The notes below the pieces were generated by a model, which was not told the origin of the DNA, did no database searches, and saw only the letters and a program-made list of their open reading frames with translations. A stretch of 64,000 bases of DNA from Escherichia phage ES19: the sequence record MN508616.2; one strand, 5' to 3'. Shown piece after piece: positions 58,386 through 64,000 of the stretch. Numbering within the stretch: position 1 is the first letter of the stretch; every line of letters starts with the position of its first letter. A program made the translations under genes and the position numbers.

Positions 58386-59932
58386 GTAACAATACATATC
58401 AGCACGTATCAAATGAATCAAAATATGTTAAATTCGATCCAGTAGGATCGAATTTTCCTGGCACTGTTACGACAGTACAGTCTGCATTATCAAAAATAAG
58501 TAATATCGGCGTAAATGGTATTCCTGATGCAACTATGGAAGTTAAAGGAATAGCAATGATTGCGTCAGAACAAGAGGTTTTAGATGGAACTAATAACTCT
58601 AAAATCGTTACACCAGCTACATTAGCAACAAGATTATTGTATCCAAATGCTACTGAAACTAAATATGGTTTAACGCGTTATTCAACAAATGAAGAAACAT
58701 TAAAAGGCTCAGATAATAATTCATCAATAACACCACAAAAACTGAAATACCACACTGACGATGTGTTCAAAAATAGATATTCGTCTGAGTCATCAAACGG
58801 GGTTATTAAAATATCATCTACACCTGCAGCTTTGGCTGGAGTTGATGATACTACTGCGATGACTCCGCTAAAAACCCAAAAACTTGCAATAAAATTAATT
58901 TCGCAAATAGCTCCTTCAGAAGACACTGCAACAGAATCGGTGAGAGGAGTAGTTCAATTATCTACTGTTGCACAAATTCGTCAAGGAACTCTCCGCGAAG
59001 GATATGCAATTTCCCCGTATACCTTTATGAATTCTGTTGCAACACATGAATATAAGGGTGTTATACGCCTAGGAACGCAGACTGAAATTAATAATAATTT
59101 GGGTGGTGTTGCAGTAACAGGTGAAACACTAAATGGTCGAGGAGCTACCGGTTCTATGCGTGGAGTAGTTAAATTAACGACGCAAGCCGGTATTGCCCCT
59201 GAAGGTGATAGCTCTGGAGCATTAGCATGGAACGCAGATGTAATTAATACTCGTGGTGGACAAACTATTAATGGTTCTTTAAATTTAGACCATCTTACAG
59301 CAAATGGAATTTGGTCACGCGGTGGAATGTGGAAAAATGGCGATCAACCTGTTGCCACTGAAAGATATGCGTCCGAACGAGTTCCGGTTGGAACTATTAT
59401 GATGTTTGCGGGTGATTCAGCACCTCCAGGTTGGATTATGTGTCATGGTGGAACCGTGTCAGGTGACCAATTTCCTGATTATAGAAATGTAGTTGGAACA
59501 AGATTTGGTGGCGATTGGAATAATCCTGGCGTTCCTGATATGCGGGGTCTTTTCGTCAGAGGAGCCGGCACAGGCGGTCATATTTTAAATCAACGTGGAC
59601 AAGATGGCTATGGAAAGGATAGACTGGGCGTAGGATGTGACGGAATGCATGTTGGTGGTGTTCAGGCACAACAAATGTCATACCATAAACATGCTGGTGG
59701 TTGGGGTGAATATTACAGAAGTGAAGGCCCATTTGGCGCGTCAGTTTATCAAGGATATCTTGGAACTAGAAAATATTCCGACTGGGATAATGCTTCATAC
59801 TTCACTAATGATGGATTTGAATTAGGTGGACCGAGAGATGCTCATGGTACACTTAATCGTGAAGGATTAATTGGTTATGAAACTAGACCATGGAATATAT
59901 CATTAAACTATATTATTAAAGTTCATTACTAA
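58382..59932 (+). CDS. 12: short tail fiber gp12
   Basis: 516 aa; position and size near T4 gp12; Gly-rich C-terminal region. Confidence 0.85.
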   Translation: MSNNTYQHVSNESKYVKFDPVGSNFPGTVTTVQSALSKISNIGVNGIPDATMEVKGIAMIASEQEVLDGTNNSKIVTPATLATRLLYPNATETKYGLTRYSTNEETLKGSDNNSSITPQKLKYHTDDVFKNRYSSESSNGVIKISSTPAALAGVDDTTAMTPLKTQKLAIKLISQIAPSEDTATESVRGVVQLSTVAQIRQGTLREGYAISPYTFMNSVATHEYKGVIRLGTQTEINNNLGGVAVTGETLNGRGATGSMRGVVKLTTQAGIAPEGDSSGALAWNADVINTRGGQTINGSLNLDHLTANGIWSRGGMWKNGDQPVATERYASERVPVGTIMMFAGDSAPPGWIMCHGGTVSGDQFPDYRNVVGTRFGGDWNNPGVPDMRGLFVRGAGTGGHILNQRGQDGYGKDRLGVGCDGMHVGGVQAQQMSYHKHAGGWGEYYRSEGPFGASVYQGYLGTRKYSDWDNASYFTNDGFELGGPRDAHGTLNREGLIGYETRPWNISLNYIIKVHY

Positions 59933-59941
59933 GGATTACAA

Positions 59942-61399
59942 ATGATTGAATTAAAAGAGTTACCTTTTGTTGATAGCGTTCCTGACGAAGGTCAGGAACG
60001 TATTTCATGGATTAAAAATGGTGAAGAAATATTAGGAGCTAGTACTAAGTATGGAAATGATGGATCAATGAATAGACCAATTGTTTCCGTGTTTAAAAAC
60101 GTCGAAGTTCTTGATGAAAATGTGGGAATTCTTAAAACTGCCATTGAAACATCACAGAAAGATATTAAAACAATTCAAGGAGTTTTAGATGTATCAGGAG
60201 ATATAGAAGCACTATCGCAGATCAGTGTTAATAAAAATGACATATCGAATTTAAAGACACTTACCAGTGAACACACTGATATATTAACTGGAACTAATAA
60301 TACAGTTGACAAAATTATTGCTGATATAGGTCCATTTAATGATGAAGAAAACTCTGTTTATAGAACAATTAGAAATGATTTATTGTGGATTAAACAGGAA
60401 TTAGGACAATATTCTGGCCAAGACATTAACGGTCTTCCTGTTGTTGGTAATGCTAGCACAGGAATGAAACACAGAATAATAACAAATAGTACATTATTAT
60501 CTTCACAGGGCATTCGTTTAAGCGAATTAGAAAATAAATTTACTGAATCTGACGTAGGATCATTAACTGTTGAAGTTGGTAAATTACGTGATGAACTTGG
60601 TAATAAACCAGTAGATTTTGGGCCAAATATTTATAATAGATTAAACACTATAGATGATAAACAAACTTTAATAAATTCTGATATAGCAGAAATTAAATCT
60701 TCTATTGGATACCCAGAAAATGTTTCTATAATAACAGAAATTAATAATAACAAAAGTAGCATTGAATCTATTAATAATGAATTAAATCAGAGTGAAGGTG
60801 TTAAACAGCGCTTAACGGCTATTGAAACTTCTATAGGTTCAGATGATATTCCTTCTAGTATTAAAGGAAAAATTAAAAATCACACAACTTCTATTGAGTC
60901 TTTAAACGGAATTGTTGGTGAAAACACTTCGTCTGGTTTAAGAGCGAATGTTTCGTGGTTAAATCAAATTGTTGGAACTGACTCCAGCGGAGGACAACCG
61001 TCTCCTTCTGGATCTCTATTAAATAAAGTTTCAGTGCTTGAAGGAGAAGTTTCAGTTTTAAACAATAATGTTCAAAATATACAAGTTGAAATAGGAAATA
61101 ATAGAACAGGAATTAAAGGTCAAGTTATTGAACTTACTTCACTTATAAATGGAAATAATCCTGACGGATCAACTGTTGAAGAACGAGGATTAACTAATTC
61201 TATAAAAACGAATGAAACTAACATTGCGGTAGTCACGCATGAAGTAAATACAGCTAAAGACAATATATCCTCTTTACAGAGCAGCGTTCAAGCTCTACAA
61301 GAAGCAGGTTATATTCCTGAAGCTCCAAAAGATGGCCAAGCTTACGTTCGTAAAGACGGCGAATGGGTACTACTTTCTACCTTTTTATCACCAGCATAA
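59942..61399 (+). CDS. wac: fibritin (whisker protein)
   Basis: 485 aa coiled-coil; C-terminal foldon [27 protein letters not shown]. Confidence 0.95.
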   Translation: MIELKELPFVDSVPDEGQERISWIKNGEEILGASTKYGNDGSMNRPIVSVFKNVEVLDENVGILKTAIETSQKDIKTIQGVLDVSGDIEALSQISVNKNDISNLKTLTSEHTDILTGTNNTVDKIIADIGPFNDEENSVYRTIRNDLLWIKQELGQYSGQDINGLPVVGNASTGMKHRIITNSTLLSSQGIRLSELENKFTESDVGSLTVEVGKLRDELGNKPVDFGPNIYNRLNTIDDKQTLINSDIAEIKSSIGYPENVSIITEINNNKSSIESINNELNQSEGVKQRLTAIETSIGSDDIPSSIKGKIKNHTTSIESLNGIVGENTSSGLRANVSWLNQIVGTDSSGGQPSPSGSLLNKVSVLEGEVSVLNNNVQNIQVEIGNNRTGIKGQVIELTSLINGNNPDGSTVEERGLTNSIKTNETNIAVVTHEVNTAKDNISSLQSSVQALQEAGYIPEAPKDGQAYVRKDGEWVLLSTFLSPA

Positions 61400-61402
61400 C
61401 AT

Positions 61403-61418
61403 GGGGCCGCAGGGCCCC
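61403..61418 (+). terminator. GC stem-loop after wac
   Basis: ggggcc-gcag-ggcccc; no clear U-tract. Confidence 0.3.
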
Positions 61419-61430
61419 AAAGGATTTTAA

Positions 61431-63132
<1,702 letters not shown>

Positions 63133-63173
63133 TAAATATTATAAACTAATTAAAGCCCAGATTAGGAGAAATC

Positions 63174-63992
63174 ATGTTTGGTTATTTTTATAATTCGTCT
63201 TTTAGACGATATGCTACCTTGATGGGCGATTTGTTTTCAAATATCCAAATCAAACGTCAGTTAGAATCTGGTGATAAGTTTATACGTGTTCCTATTACGT
63301 ATGCATCAAAGGAACACTTTATGATGAAATTGAATAAATGGACATCGATAAATTCACAAGAAGATGTGGCCAAGGTTGAAACTATTCTACCTCGTATAAA
63401 TTTGCATTTAGTTGATTTTAGCTATAATGCTCCATTTAAAACAAACATTTTAAATCAGAATTTACTGCAAAAAGGCGCAACTTCTGTAGTATCACAGTAT
63501 AATCCATCTCCTATTAAAATGATTTATGAATTGAGTATCTTTACTCGTTACGAAGACGATATGTTTCAAATAGTTGAACAGATTCTTCCATATTTTCAAC
63601 CTCATTTTAATACAACTATGTACGAACAGTTTGGAAATGATATTCCATTTAAAAGGGATATTAAAATTGTACTGATGTCTGCTGCTATAGATGAAGCTAT
63701 AGATGGAGATAATTTATCTCGTCGTAGAATCGAATGGTCACTAACATTTGAAGTAAACGGATGGATGTATCCTCCAGTAGATGATGCAGAAGGATTAATT
63801 CGTACTACTTATACAGATTTTCACGCCAATACAAGAGATTTGCCTGATGGCGAAGGTGTTTTTGAATCTGTTGATAGCGAAGTTGTTCCTCGAGATATTA
63901 ACCCAGAGGACTGGGATGGAACAGTAAAACAAACTTTCACTAGCAATGTAAATAGACCAACACCGCCAGAACCTCCTGGCCCAAGAACATAG
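63174..63992 (+). CDS. 15: tail sheath stabiliser / tail terminator gp15
   Basis: 272 aa; T4 gp15 length and position. Confidence 0.9.
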   Translation: MFGYFYNSSFRRYATLMGDLFSNIQIKRQLESGDKFIRVPITYASKEHFMMKLNKWTSINSQEDVAKVETILPRINLHLVDFSYNAPFKTNILNQNLLQKGATSVVSQYNPSPIKMIYELSIFTRYEDDMFQIVEQILPYFQPHFNTTMYEQFGNDIPFKRDIKIVLMSAAIDEAIDGDNLSRRRIEWSLTFEVNGWMYPPVDDAEGLIRTTYTDFHANTRDLPDGEGVFESVDSEVVPRDINPEDWDGTVKQTFTSNVNRPTPPEPPGPRT

Positions 63993-64000
63993 AGGTTATT

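Overview
This window is a contiguous segment of a T4-like (T-even, Tequatrovirus-type) myovirus genome, with gene order matching T4 from regA to gene 15. Positions 1..45736 carry minus-strand early/middle genes: clamp and clamp loader (45, 44, 62), recombination nuclease (46, 47), alpha-glucosyltransferase, late sigma factor gp55, anaerobic ribonucleotide reductase (nrdH, nrdG, nrdD), endonuclease VII, nrdC and the nrdC.1-11 block, rI, tk, regB, denV, lysozyme e, nudE, an 11-tRNA cluster, 57B (Acb1), 57A, and genes 1, 3, 2, 4. Positions 45784..63992 carry plus-strand late structural genes: baseplate 53, 5, 5.4, 6-12, fibritin wac, and neck/tail terminator 13-15. Assignments rest on protein length, motifs and synteny recalled from T4; no database search was possible. 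The phage is not T4 itself: nrdD is intronless, no homing-endonuclease ORFs are visible where T4 has mobD and segB, denV abuts e with no ipII/ipIII between them, and the tRNA set is expanded with His, Asn and Tyr. I found no CRISPR array, integrase or obvious multi-gene defence island. The most promising candidates for new biology are accessory loci: four small genes with a T4 capsid-targeting-sequence-like N-terminus (one in a cassette bounded by a perfect 31-bp direct repeat), a 116-aa ORF fused to the tRNA operon, a macrodomain-like ORF, and an ATPase plus nucleotidyltransferase-motif gene pair.
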